64,000 nucleotides of DNA from Balanoglossus misakiensis (lineage: Eukaryota; Animalia; Hemichordata): contig CM082585.2 in NCBI GenBank assembly GCA_040954595.2, positions 11,513,451-11,577,450 of the forward strand. The letters are read 5' to 3'. The notes beneath the pieces were generated by a model. The model was not told where the DNA came from. It searched no databases and saw only the letters and a list, made by a program, of their open reading frames with translations. A program made the position numbers and the translations under genes. Shown here piece after piece: positions 40,062 through 53,571 of this stretch. The number at the start of each line of letters is the position of its first letter. Within the stretch, counting starts at the first letter, position 1.

Positions 40062-42621
40062 ATGAAAGATACAGTTAACTTCATCATAATGTAGAATTGT
40101 TGCAAACTCGAGTCTGATTCTCAGACGTGCTTTGCGAGATTTCCTTTTTTGTCTCGAGCAAATTTGACCTTTTGCATGCTGAATCTGTCTTTATGTATTT
40201 TTTGGTTTTTAGTGAAATTCTGTCATGGACTTCAGCCTTCTTCAGAATTTTTGGGGTTTACATGTTTGTAAATCACCATGGTGTACTGTCATCACAGCCA
40301 TGTCAAGATGGGTTTTCTCCCAAATTCTCACAGCCAGGTCTGACTTCCCTGTTTCGTACACCATGGACTAAACTATAATGATGAACTTTGATTTCTCAGT
40401 TATCTATTTTTTGTCACCTAGGGTTAGACGTCTAAACATTGAAGTGTGAAGGTTGGTCTAACAGAAACTAGTTCCCTTCAGATCAGTTGAGTCAGCTGAG
40501 GGCTAACTCAAAGCCAGCACAGGGTTAGTCAGTGTGGCACCCCAATGTCACAACTCATTAGCATACAGATATTTACATAAAAGCCCAGACTACACCTGGC
40601 CACATTAACAGTAGCATCTACTACAAAAACAATAGTTTCAATTAGCTGCTAACTCTGGGCGAACTCATTCTTTAGGGTAGTGTCAACAAATCAGGGAACT
40701 CTTGATCTGTTCTGTAAATTTTTGGTGTTTTTTTGCCTTTATGATTTTACTTTTTAGAAGCTGTGTTGCATGACATTTGAAGTCACCATGGGAACTTTAG
40801 TGTTTTTTTTTATATTTCATCACTGTCTTGTTTGTTTGTTTTCATCCGTAAATTTACACCCAAAACTTGCATGTTTTGGTAAAGTATTACTCTCAGGGGG
40901 CGTTGTCATGACAATAGATTGGATGCAGGGATGGAGAGTTTGTTTTTGCAGTATACATGTATTTGTGTTTTCAACTTACCAGCAGGTTTTGTCAGGTACA
41001 TTATATGGGAGGTGTCGGATGAATTGTTCACCATTGTCAACATTACATTTTTGGGGCGATTTTTTTCGCAACATCCTCAGGGGCTAAACACCTTACATTT
41101 CATTAACATCTCATTTTCATGCCACCTGACCAGAGTGGAATCGCCCACCAATATTCTGTCAAAGGGAGAGAGTCTTTCCTGTTGATGTCATCCTGGATGG
41201 AACACTGGATATATTGTCTATGCGTGCAAAACATCTATCATAACATATACAATGTAGTACACATTCTCTGATCACCAGTCACATTCAAGAACATGACCAT
41301 ATGATGGATCTAAACTTTGTATCTCATCACAACTGTCCAAACATACAGTTTACCCACAGAATGTCAAGGTTACATGTACTTTGGCCATGTTAGCCTCAAA
41401 TCGTCACTGTGTTTATATAGTTTCTTGAGCTGTTTACCACGAAACGAGGTGGCTGCTGGTTGCTTGGCAAGAATGAGTAGACATTGGTCGGTATAGTGGT
41501 ACATTTATACCTGCAAATACATGTACATTTGTTGACCTTTTGAACCTTGACCCCGTGGTGACCTATGATAAGATGTAGGGACTTACCCTAAAGGCATTTT
41601 AGGGGTCACCATGTTGATGTTTATGGTACATACATAAAAAAAAATTATTGAATGAAGGGAGTGGGGCCTTCAATTATTTTTGACGTTGACTGATGCTGTT
41701 AAGGGTGTGAATTTTCCTTTTACAAAATAAGTAATGAGATAAATCATTGATTTTTGTGAATAGATCAAATGGTTGGCTTTTTAAGTTCATGCGTAGTAAT
41801 TACTAACTTGGGGATCACAAAATGACCCTCCCTGGTTTCTGTTGTCAGTGATCTGTAGTTATGAAGGTTTCATTTTAAAACTTCATTCTTTCCTATTTTT
41901 TCCTAAGATAAAAACAATGTGTATTAATATTCCAGCAAGGAGAGTATTTTTACTGTAAAGATTATGCCTTCACAGAAATAAAGATTTATCTATGTATTTC
42001 AGAGCATTTTTAGAATGCCGTTTCATTTTGACACAGGACTATTGCTTGTTGTAATATTGAGTGTTACAACCATGACACAAAAAATTCAGTTGGACAGTTT
42101 ATTTTATTTACACAAACTCAGTAAGCAAAGTATATTTTTATATGTGAAATCTACAAAACACATGTTCTGACTGATGTAGTGTTAAGACTCAAATTGATGT
42201 GAACTGCAAATGAAACACTTTCTTGAAATAGGTCCAGTGGATGGAATTTTGAAAATGGCAATACACTCAAAATGCTTGTGAACAGGTAAGCTATCAATTA
42301 TTTTTGTTTGTTATACCCGGTAATGCCACTACCTTCACATCCATTGTAACAAATCCAATGAACATAGACTTTTCTTGTTTCTGGTCTCTGTTAATTTCAA
42401 CAGCTTTTTCGCTCGCACTCAAAGGGAAATCTGAACATGTCAGATTGATCTTCTCGCACTGTAAATTTGCCATGCATATACAAAAGAAATGGAATCAGTA
42501 ACTCTAATTTTACTGATCTCATAAATTTACAATAATTACAATATTGTACATAGAAAGATATCTTACACACAAGTGGTTTAGAAGAAGTGAAAAATGAGTT
42601 TTTGAGAAAAAAAGAAGATGG

Positions 42622-45600
42622 TTAATTTCGGCCACTTCTGGCACTTGCTCTGCTGCCAGCACTTCCGGGTCTGGATCCGTGCCGACTTCCCGGTGGTGTG
42701 CTTTTGGGTGTCCCTAATGGAGATTTTCCTGTAAGGAATATAAAAATATTATTCGTAAGTCGGAATGATACAGCATATCACTTAGTTAAGCCAAACTTAG
42801 CTGCTAAAACCGTGGTGTGTGGCTGAGGATATGACATTCAGTGACAGATCAAAGGTTTTGGGTGTTTCCCGTAAAAATGTTCTTTTTAATATTAACACGG
42901 AGAGTACATATTAACCAATATTGACAAATCCCCCTTACCTTTAGGACTGGCCATGCCACTTCCAGAAACTCCGAAATCTGCACCGATTTGAACTTTGGCT
43001 GCACTTGCCACACTTGCTGCTCTGCTTGAGGCTACACTACGACCAGACGATGGAGTCCTGGGGAGGGGGGGAGGGAGGGAGAGAGAGGGAGACTTGATCA
43101 CACTGTGGCATTAATTCTTTCAATGTCGCACAATTACACATCATCCTGAGTCAAACTGATTAATTGAAGTTGTTTCTCAGTTGACATCCGTGCAAAGAGA
43201 GCCACGCCCATACAAAGAGTACTCTGCACTGCCGGTCGGTGATGCTCTAGACGTCACGTGTGACAGGGTCACACAGATCAGCAGCTGAGTCCCGCTAATT
43301 GAAAACAAAAATGACAAATGTTGATGACGTATTTTTTCCTGTGATAAATGGTTTTACCTTGCAGAGGACTGACTATCCCAGCTTCGAACACTACGAGAAG
43401 AAGATGGTCGGGAACTTCTCCCTGTGGTACTCGGAGGCGGAGGTGGAGGTAATCCAGCCTGAAGTGGAAGAAAAGACAATTAATAATTCAGTCAAACATC
43501 ACAATCACTCCACAGGAAAACAAGTCCTCATTTGGCCATTAGCAACATTTTTTTGTGTCCTTGTACTGTGTGTCCTATCTTACTTCATCTTTTTGCATGT
43601 TTTTTAACATTTCCTTATCAGCATTTTTTTGTCCTGACCTGACCTGATAATTTTTCTGATTATTATCTGTGTCACTTTACCTGAGTGAAGAGCATGTGGA
43701 CAGTTGCAGCAATCTCTGGATAGTTGTGAACCACTTCACCAATCTGACGACTGGCGCTCTTGTTGAAGTCCCGTAATTCGCGGAGTTCAAAGTCGCGCTG
43801 CAACAAGAAGTGAATTCAGACACGGATTATAAATCACTCAGTAACTGTTAAATAGATATTTTCAAGCTACTGCTCTATAAAATATATTGCGACCTTGACA
43901 ATTTCTCAGATCTGGAACATAATTATTTCTCCTACCTCTTCTTGGGTTTCCCCTTTGCTCTTCTTAGATGCTCGTAATTCTCTTGCATACTTGGCCACCT
44001 GCTTTGACGCACGGTCCAACTTCTGTTTCTGTTCTTCTAAGTCTTTGTTCAGTTGAGCTATCTTCTCCTGAGAAGTGATACAATCAAACACGTGAGCATG
44101 AGACTTTCTTGGTTGTCTACCCAAGTGAAAATATGTGACTAGTTAGTTCTGAATCTTTGAAGGCAAGATTTATTAGAATTTCTATGCCACTCACCTGCTT
44201 TTCATCAATCATTTCCACATAAACATTTTCATCTCGAGTCAGATTATCCAGTGTGTTGCTCATTGTCTGTAGATCTTCTTGTAACTCACGGATCTGTCGC
44301 CGTTTGTATTTATACTTATCCATCACTGCTCTCATCTGTTCTTCCAGTCGCTGTTTTTCTTCATACTCATCACCTGACATGAAAAAATATCCAAATTTGT
44401 TGGTGTTTTTTCTCTCTTAGGTCACTCGATACAGATGGAATTCTATCACATGCACAGCAAAAGCACAGCTTTGGACTTAATTTGTACGTACTTGTTTCGG
44501 TCACACGGTTGAAGCTCTTGCGATACTGTTCATTGCGACCGTTCATGAGTCGCAAAGTATTCTCCAGAGCACGAATCTCTTTCTCCGCTTTGCGAATTCG
44601 TGCGTCCAGATCGTCGCCTTCTCTCTGCAGTTCTTCCTTTTCTTGAGCGGCCTGAAATTATAAATTGAAATTCTAGTAGTTTCATTTGATGTTACTTCTA
44701 AAGCCTGAGATCAAACAGAAGTTGTGGAATCTGAAAAACTGACTGTTTCATTTAACGAACAAATTTGTTTCTGTTGTGCACATGATTTTCACGAACTGGC
44801 GCCCTCTTACAGTCACATAATATTTCTTTTGTTTAAACATACCTTGATCACGTAGTATGCTTGAGATCTGTCTTCCTCCCCTTCAGGTGGTGCCATGGAA
44901 ACCATCAAAATTTCATACCTGGCCATTTTACAAAAAGACGAGCAAGGTCACTATATCTGTAACACTAACATATCTTCATGTAGAAATTTCAGGTTGTGTT
45001 TCAAAAATACAACCATGAAATGCAAAGGTATGTGAAACTAATCCTGTTTCTTACCGTTTTCTCAGTTTATCGATCTTTGATATTCTTTCGTGCAACTCAG
45101 CACTGACTGTTGATTTCTCCTCCTCTGCTGCTTTCATTTGCGCCCTCAACATATCCTTGTGGATATTGATTTCTTGTCTGCGTTCTTTCATTGCCTGTGA
45201 GATGACAAAAATTAGCCCAAATCAGAGTCACTCAGAAAAGAAAAGTTTTGAACTTTATCACTTCTTAATACATGCTACATGTAGCTCTGATTATTTTCAT
45301 AAATCAGAAACACCAAATTGACAGTGACAACTGTGTTAACTTACAGTGTTGAGTTGAAGTCTTCTCTTTTCCAGTGTCAACACTTCATCAGCTTTGCTGT
45401 TCAGAATGTCACGTAGTCTCTTGATTTCAAGTTTCAAGATGTTCTCATCCACCATGTGATCCTGTGAAATGAAAGGGTAAAAAATGTTATTTTCACTAAC
45501 ATACATAACACCAGATTCTGTAGTTTTAAATGCATTATGGATCAAAACTCCTTTTACTATTAGATATCGGGTTGATAATATAAGCTAACTCTCACTATTT

Positions 45601-48600
45601 TTTCTGCAGCCTGATGTAGCTTGTGTTATTGACTGGCACACATTAAGTAGAGGGACTGCATTGGAATATTGGACAATTTCAACAACACTCACCTCCTTGT
45701 TTCTGATGATCTTCTTGAGTTCCCTCTGAGAACTGTCGTTGTGGAGATTCAGTTCTTCAATCTTGCTTGTCAGATCAGTCTTCTCTTGCCCGCTCTTGTC
45801 AAGGTCACGTTTCACCCGCCGGATATCATCCTACACAAAGAGGAATGTCATCTCAAAATTAGAAGTGTTTTTTTTTTCAACACACAACCAAGATTAGAGT
45901 TGGTTTTACACAGAGACGGCTGACGAGGAAGTGGGAGTCTGATTATATTATATATATCTGTCTGCAAATGCAAGATTATTGAAATCAAAAAAGAATGTTC
46001 TCGTGAAAGCTTACCTGAAGCCTCTTCAGTTGTAGACTGATCAGCGAATGGGTGTCGTTCTTGTCGTTCAGAACTTCTGTCAGTTCCTGGATTCTGGCAT
46101 TCAATTGATCCATCTCCTCCGTGCTTCTCTCTCCTTGCATGCGAGAAATTTTCCGTTCCAACTGTTGTATTTGGAAATCCTGGCGACATCAACAATTTTC
46201 CATTTGTGAGCATGGGTGGCAAAATTTCAAGAAGGAAATTCAGGAGTGGTGTAAGTTCAACTACATGTACTACTAGTGTTCTACTACATACCTGGTTATA
46301 AATGATTTCCAACTGTTTGAGGGAATCATGGTCGAGTTTGTTGATCCTGCTTGTCAGATTTCTGCTGGCAGCTCTGGATCCACGGATCTCAGCGTTTGTG
46401 TTCTTTTCCAGCGTCTTGGCCTGGAAAAGTTCTTGGGTTTTCCGGAACTGGAGCTCTCTCAGCCGTTTAAGCTCGGAATCAATCTGTTTCTGATTGTATT
46501 CTTCATCCTGCAGCAATTTGTCCATCATGAGGGCTTTCTCCTCGGCCGACAGTTTGGCTTCCGTGGTCGCTTTCAGTTTTTCGTGCAAGTCCTCGCGCAG
46601 ATCCTTGGCATTGTTGAGTCTACAGTGACAAAGTACAACCAGAAAAATTGCAAATGTCATTGACATGTTCATTACTTGTTTTCTCGTTATTAATTGCACG
46701 AATCATGTGTAAGTATGGCTTTGACTGCCCTCTGAGTCTGAATTTCTAATTTAAAATCATATAATTATTATTCTCACTTGAAAGTTTTGTCTTCAACATC
46801 TTTCTTCAGATCAGACACTTGTTTCCTCATCGATTCCAAATCAGTCGCTGTCCTTTCAACTGTGAACTTCAACGTGGAAAGCTGCAAAGTGGATACAAGA
46901 TAAGAGTCAGGTAAATATTTCACACTAGGTTGGGTCAGTATTTGTCAAGACAGTCCACTACAGAAATTTCTCCCATGGTGAATCATCTTACCTCATCTGA
47001 AAACTGAATCCGCTGTGTTTCCTGATCTTGATATTCGATTCTCAACTTGGCAGCAAGTCTGTCTGTGCTCTGTATCTTCTTCTCAAATTCCTTGTTGTTT
47101 TCAATTTCATTCTCCAGAAACTGTTGCTTCTCTTTCACCGACTCCTGTCGATTGCGGACTTCAGACTTCACTTTGGCTAGATCCTGTCAGACAAATTGGA
47201 CACACAGTTCAGAACGTGCAAACCCCCTCTCTCCCAACTGGGTTACATGTACTTCTGTCAACTCAAAACAAATGATACATGTTTGAAGTTCAGGGTTCAA
47301 CTAGAACCTGGGACGATTTGGTTGAAAGAAACTTAATTTCTCTTTTCTATATATCATTCGTTCCCATGTTAATTATGGGGCATTTTGTTCTGCCAATCGT
47401 TGATATCGCTGACTTACAGCCGCAAGAAGATCCATTTCGTGGTCTCTCTTCTGCATCTGTTCAATGGTGGCTTCCCATTGGTTGATGAGTTCCTGACGGT
47501 CGTTGTGCGCTTTACGGAATTCCTCAGCTGTTTTATCCAACTCCAGCTGTGGGTGTCAGAAAAGAAATCTATCAAGTTAATGTGTTTATATCTGGTTTTC
47601 CAATTCTGTTTTGATCATACTGAATGATATATGCTTCACAAAGAACTCTTGCATCCATATTGGAATTGGAATGAAAATGTTTGCTGACAAATCCTCACCT
47701 GAGCAGTCAATGTCTCCGTCATTTCATGATCCAATTCTTTACGTTTTCTCCCTTTTTCTTCTGTCATGCGTTCCATACGGAGTGCCAATTCCTGAGGATA
47801 ACATGCATACAACAAAATGTCAGATTATAATTAACAAGCACACTACCGGTACATCACAGCAGCTGGTCAATTGTCCTGTGTTTATTGAAGTTCACATAAA
47901 ATCACCCTTACCTTGATTTTGGCTTCGTCCATCCGAGTGTACTTGGCAATGGTCATGGCGTCCTCATCCTTTCTGGCCGATTCTTCCAGCCATGCTTCCA
48001 GAGCTTGCTGATCCCAGTTCATCTGTGACTTCATCTCTTCAATCTTCTGATTTTGTTTAAAGATGTTGTTCTGTGGGAAGAAGCTTTGGGAATCAGAGTT
48101 GCAGAGCTCGAGACTGACATATTTTAAACAAAGAATGAATGAATGAATGAATCACGAAGTGTAAAGGACTATAATTTATGTTTTGACATTTATTTTGAAT
48201 CACGTGAAAGTCTCTTCATGTTGTTTTCACATTTCGACAAGTGTCTGTCTCTACCTTAGACGATGGACGTTCATGCTCACCTCATACATATTCCTCTTTT
48301 CTTTCAAATCAGTCAGTTCACTTTCCAGGCGTTTTATTTCCTGCCTCAGTCTGCCTTCTTCTCTCTGTGCAACCAACAGCATGTGTTGCTCAGTTTCCAC
48401 CTCATGTTTGCGTGCTCGAATCACCTCCTGTGTAAGTTTCAACTCTTGCATCACATTCTTCATGTGCTCGGACATAGCATGCACCCGGTCTTCATTTTCA
48501 CCGAGATCGCCCTTGAGGCGGACAATATCCCGACTTTTTTGTTGCACCTATGTGAAGCAAAACAGAACACACCAGTGATCATACTAGTAGATACGCTGTA

Positions 48601-48858
48601 CATCATTGTCCATGTATGACAGGTACAGTACATGTACATGTATCTACAATGTAAACACGATTCGTTCGATCCTATTGACCATAAACATTACTAGTCTCGA
48701 GACGATCGGATGGGTAGGGTGCCAGCTATCGAGATTGGACAAGTGTGATGCGGCTATAGACTCACCTCATCTTCCAGTAATTTGTTATCCTTATTGGCAA
48801 CGGGCATACTGAGCCCCTCATCCCATTCGATTTCGCTTAGAACACTCTTCACACTCAT
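42622..48858 (-). CDS. CCDC39: Coiled-coil domain-containing protein 39 (axonemal 96-nm ruler subunit), 20 coding exons, ~971 aa
   Basis: N-terminus [31 protein letters not shown] and motifs such as [27 protein letters not shown] and [17 protein letters not shown] resemble CCDC39. Exons with GT-AG ends and phases summing in frame: 48858-48766, 48547-48281, 48070-47912, 47791-47699, 47546-47418, 47183-46992, 46881-46778, 46619-46292, 46179-46015, 45830-45693, 45461-45345, 45194-45055, 44918-44843, 44651-44492, 44373-44195, 44067-43936, 43797-43681, 43458-43358, 43057-42939, 42728-42622. Confidence 0.95.
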
Positions 48859-50322
48859 CTTGATGTTGTTTCCAAGACTCGACTTCCGGAAACCAGGTGG
48901 ATTTTTAAAGATCTGGACAGTTTACACTGATATTGCACAAAAATTTAGCTTTAACGTTTTGATCTTCGCTTGGTACGGTTACCCGATTTCTCTTAGTCTT
49001 GGATTTCAGCGTTGATCCACGGGTTTTCTTACAGAATGGGTATCTCAACCATTACGATCAACCGAGCATAGATCCAGTTGTTTGCTGTGGTTACCCGGGA
49101 TGTCAATATCCCGGATGAAAGAAAATGGGCATGCGTAAATTGTGCCTCGTTCACAATTTAAAAAATAATGCGTGCGTAGTTCAATTCAGTTTTAAGATTT
49201 AAAGGTAAAGATACATATTTAAATACTCAAAGGACTTCTCTAACAGGTAAAATGGTTTCACAATTTGCCGTAATTTTCTTTTAATGCAAGAAATAGCACA
49301 TAGCGCATTTACACAGATAGATTAGTTTGTTTATGTTTGAAGAGAGAGATAACAAACAAACGCACAGCAACTGCGGACCAGTCCATTTTAACGACGTGGT
49401 CAAAACAATTACATGCCCTCAACTACTAATCTTCTTCATATTTTCTTTAAATATTTATATCGCAGGAGACTAATAAAGCATAAATAATGCCGTTGATTGC
49501 ATGATGATGTCACAAAATTAAAACACACCCATTTTGCTCCACCACCCCTCTCTGACTGTGGTGTGGCTGTGAACCCACTGACTGCACTAAGGTCACGTTG
49601 ACCCAACGTACGTACGTGCATTGTGCATTCACATTATAGGGGTCGAAGGTACTGCTGTCAGAGGAGATATATCCGACATACTCGCTGCGTAGGACAATCA
49701 TAACCTAACTCACGAAACCTAACAAGGATCAAAGGTGATGTCTAATAATTCTGACACATGTCTGTGACTGGTTGTAAGTTGGATTGTATATAAGATGCGG
49801 ATTTGAGCGAGAGAGGGAGATGGGAGAGACCATTTCATTATACATTGAAGTTAGGGGCCGTGCCCAAATTGCGCATATCAGTCTACAAATATGGGACAGT
49901 GACCTAATTGACACATAAGTTTGCTTGATGTTTGTAACATTTTAGTGTTCTATTGCCCTAATTTTATTAAACGCATATAGACTAAAAAGAACATAGGCTT
50001 AAATCAGGGCAGTGCATTTGGTGCCCTTTTCTCATACAAAGACTGGTTGGGAAACCATCAAGAAATTCCTCACCCCCAATGATAGTGATGTCTGTCTGTT
50101 TTAATAGGATCAGTGCTTGAAGGCCCAACTGAAATTGCAAACATATATGAAAACAGTTTGTCCTTGTGTAAATACATCTAGCATGCAACATGTCACTTGA
50201 AAATGACAAAGTGTCATTTATCTTGACCAACCCAAGCTTTTTTTGACAGCGAGAATTGTTAATTATATACACATGTTCTGCCGAAGAAATTTTAGGGGTA
50301 AATTGATATTTGTTTTTCTAAA

Positions 50323-50333
50323 TGCTGAGTCAT
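50323..50333. promoter_or_regulatory. Perfect ARE / CNC-sMaf element TGCTGAGTCAT upstream of AIFM2-A
   Basis: Exact NF-E2/Nrf2 consensus with an AT-rich flank on the GC side, ~790 bp before the ATG. Function not shown. Confidence 0.5.
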
Positions 50334-50886
50334 CACTCAAACACTATCAGTTATAAGCCCCAGTACATTAAAATAATTAATTAAAGACAGCAATTGTATT
50401 CCTTTTTAGCACTGACACCATCAAAGTCGGGCACTTTTACACAATGCACAACGCGAGAGTTCAACAGTGCCGTGCTAGCTAGTCTTTGCAGTTTACTAGA
50501 ATTGTCTAAGTAGCTGATATCTGAGTGAATAAGTCTGCAAACACATCAGGAATGTTGACCATTGTTCGTATCAATGTGGTCACTTGCAGCGTGGTGGCCC
50601 CTTCTCACTGAGACTCTGTCTGGGCCTTCTTGGGTGGTGTGTATCATGTATATACAATTGCCATTTGAGTTTAGTCAGAAAGCTGTTTGCTCACTGATTG
50701 TTTTAGCATCTGATCTCCCATATGCCACACAGAAATGATTGCATCTTTTGAGGTTGATAGAGTCAATGGAAAACCTGTGATTTGTTCACACTTATTTCTA
50801 GCAACAAGAGACCTCAGTGTTACACAAAGCCAACTCTTTCCCGGCCCACGCAGTTGTACCCTGAGGTCTGTTCGTTACTAGAAGTT

Positions 50887-50899
50887 AGGTCAAAGGTCA
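50887..50899 (+). promoter_or_regulatory. Perfect nuclear-receptor DR1 element AGGTCAAAGGTCA upstream of AIFM2-A
   Basis: Exact DR1, 220 bp before the ATG. Another exact copy lies on the minus strand at 36168-36180. Confidence 0.4.
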
Positions 50900-51118
50900 A
50901 TTATTAAGATACGTTTAGGCTGGATGGTTCTCTCTGGATCTTGAAGACATTCATCCGATCAATCAGTCTAGTATCGTGCCCTTATCATGCCACCAAATTA
51001 TTACATGCCATTTGAATGTCATTCAAGTATAGAAAATAGTCATACAAATGGAAAAAGTATTGACTTGACAAATGAACGATTTTATGTGTAATTGGTTACA
51101 GGAGAATTATAAAGCAAG

Positions 51119-53178
51119 ATGGGATTCGGATCATCAAAGCCGCTGCCATTACCGAGCGAAATGAAAGCTGTCATCATCGGAGGGGGTTATGGGGGCATAC
51201 AGATGGCCAAAAACCTGAAAGGCAGATGTCAGGTTGTTCTTATTGACCCCAAGGATGGTTTCCATCACAACATGGGTGCTATGAGAGCGGCTGTGGAACC
51301 AGGTAAAGTGGGATTGATTTTGTTTTGCGTAATGATCCAATATGGCTGCCTGGCAACCTGGAGTTTACCTGAGGACAATGCATTTGTTTGGCAGTACAAT
51401 CCAATATTGCTGCCAGTATGCTGTTTTGTTGTAAAATTTTGTGTCTGTGATCATGGTCACTGACAGTACTCCAATGTTTCCTCAATCACTTGATTAAGCG
51501 GGAATCATATTATAAATGAAAATGGCCTGTACTATTTTTTCAGGTTTTGTGAAGAAAACCCTGATCCCTTTCAATAAAACATTCGGTGATACCTTCAAGC
51601 GTGGTTTAGTCACATCGATCGATCCCAGCACTAATGCTGTGAAGCTTGAAAGTGGCGAGACAGTTCCCTACACCCACCTTATCATCGCTACTGGGAGCCT
51701 TGGTCCATTTCCAGGGAAACTGACAGAACCAATGAATGTCAGTATGGAAGAGGCAGGAAAGATGTACAGTAAAATGGCCAAAGAAGTTAGTCTTTTATTA
51801 TTTCTGTCTCCTTTCTTTAGAGTGACACCACTACAAGTGGATATATTTTATCTTTAATGTACTAATCCATTGTTTAATTGTATCAGATTGAAAGTGCTGA
51901 GAATATAGTGATTGTTGGAGGAGGTGCAGTGGGTGTTGAACTGGCGGGAGAGATTGCCACAGACTATGCTGGAAAGAAGAAAGTCACTTTAATTCATCCA
52001 CATCAGAAAATTGCCGACAACCAGACCAGTGATAAATTTCAAGATAATTTGAAAGGACAGCTGGAAAACTTGGGTGTTAATTTGGTTCTAGGCAAGTGGC
52101 AGATTTCATATTTGTTTTCAGATTAGATACATGTATATGGTTCCTTTCTCTCTTATGTATGTTGTAGGGCTTTAGAAAAGAAATGACAGTTACTGATACA
52201 CAGACTAAATGTTGTGGTATAATAGCCAAAAGTTCCAGCTAATAATAGTTATACTGAACCAATGTGTTTTCATTGTTTTTAGGAGAGAGAGTGAGCAACT
52301 TGAAGTCTTTACCATCGGGCCACTCAACAGGTTCACTCAACACTGTAACAACAGATAAAGGAAACGAATTCCAAGCTAATTTGGTCGTACCATGCACTGG
52401 CCTTAAACCAAATAGTCAAGCTTACGAATCAAGCCTTGGTGAGAATGTGTTTAATTATAGTTGACACAGGAAGGCATATTTAAAGTAGCCTCCTTTATTA
52501 TAAGTCAGAAATGAAGGTTGATGTAATGTAAGCACTAAAGCAGTAATGCTATATTTTCAGCTGATAAGATGGACACCAATGGTCGTCTGAAGGTCAACGA
52601 GTTCCTCCAAGTTGAAGGTCATAAGAACATCTTTGCCATTGGCGACTGTGCCAATGTCAAGGAGACTAAACTGGCATACAACGCCGGAGTGCATGCTGAC
52701 ACCGTGACCAAAAACCTGGAAAATGAAGCTGCTGGGAAAGAACTCAAACCGTACAAACCAGGTGAGGAAAAATCAGTGAAAGCTGTTTAAACTGAACACT
52801 GTCTATACTGGAAAACTGTCTATACTGGACACCTGGCACAGTTCCTGTTGTACGGGACATCGTTATAATGTATCTGTGTGTGTGTCTGTCTATGTGTGTG
52901 TGTTGACTACCGGTATGTGTTTGTTCGTCTGTATACCAGTACAATTTTCTCCTTAGCCTCTATACCTGCAAATGAACTTAACCCAGTCCCTGCCTTCTTT
53001 CTCTCGATCTCCAACAGGTGGGTTTTTCATGGCATTGTCCTGCGGCCGAAATGGTGGCATCATGACAACAGGTGGTTACGTCATTGGGAGTTTCATCGCC
53101 AAGCGCATCAAATCCAAAGATGTCTTCGTGCCAATGGTCTGGAAGAAAATGGGCCAACCTATCCCTGAAACCAAATGA
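51119..53178 (+). CDS. AIFM2: Ferroptosis suppressor protein 1 / AIFM2-like FAD-NAD(P)H oxidoreductase, paralog A, 6 coding exons, ~382 aa
   Basis: MGFGSS myristoylation motif, VIIGGGYGG, FHHNMGAMRAAV, HLIIATGS.GPFPGK, IVGGGAVGVE, IFAIGDCA and SCGRNGG. Exons 51119-51302, 51544-51785, 51887-52091, 52283-52438, 52561-52761, 53018-53178 (1149 nt, in frame). An acceptor just upstream of the ATG implies a non-coding first exon. Confidence 0.93.
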
Positions 53179-53486
53179 GATCAAATCTGTTCTCTTTCAG
53201 GATGACATCAGTGTAGCAGTGTTTGTATTTGACATAGCAAAGATAGTACAACTGAAACTGTTTAGTTTGGTGTAGGATAATGATTATTAGTTCTTCAGCT
53301 GCAACAAATTTGGACATCAAAAATGCAGATTCACACCAAATTTTCAGACAATCAGATATAATATCTAGTTTTACATATGATAATAACGTTATAACATGAG
53401 AAAAAATATTTTATTTTATAGATTACTTGTTTACCCTATTATTTTCCCTACATTCCATTTCAATATCTTCCTTTGAGTTGTTTTAA

Positions 53487-53571
53487 CCCTTTCACCCCCA
53501 TTTCTCTCTATAGTGGTCCAATTTTACCATAGAAAACAATGGTTTTGGACCAAACCATGGTGGTGAAAGGG
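53487..53571. mobile_element. 85-bp piggyBac-type MITE
   Basis: TTAA (53483-53486) + CCCTTTCACCCCCAT ... ATGGTGGTGAAAGGG + TTAA (53572-53575). 14/15 TIR match, plus an internal inverted pair TGGTCCAA/TTGGACCA. Confidence 0.85.
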
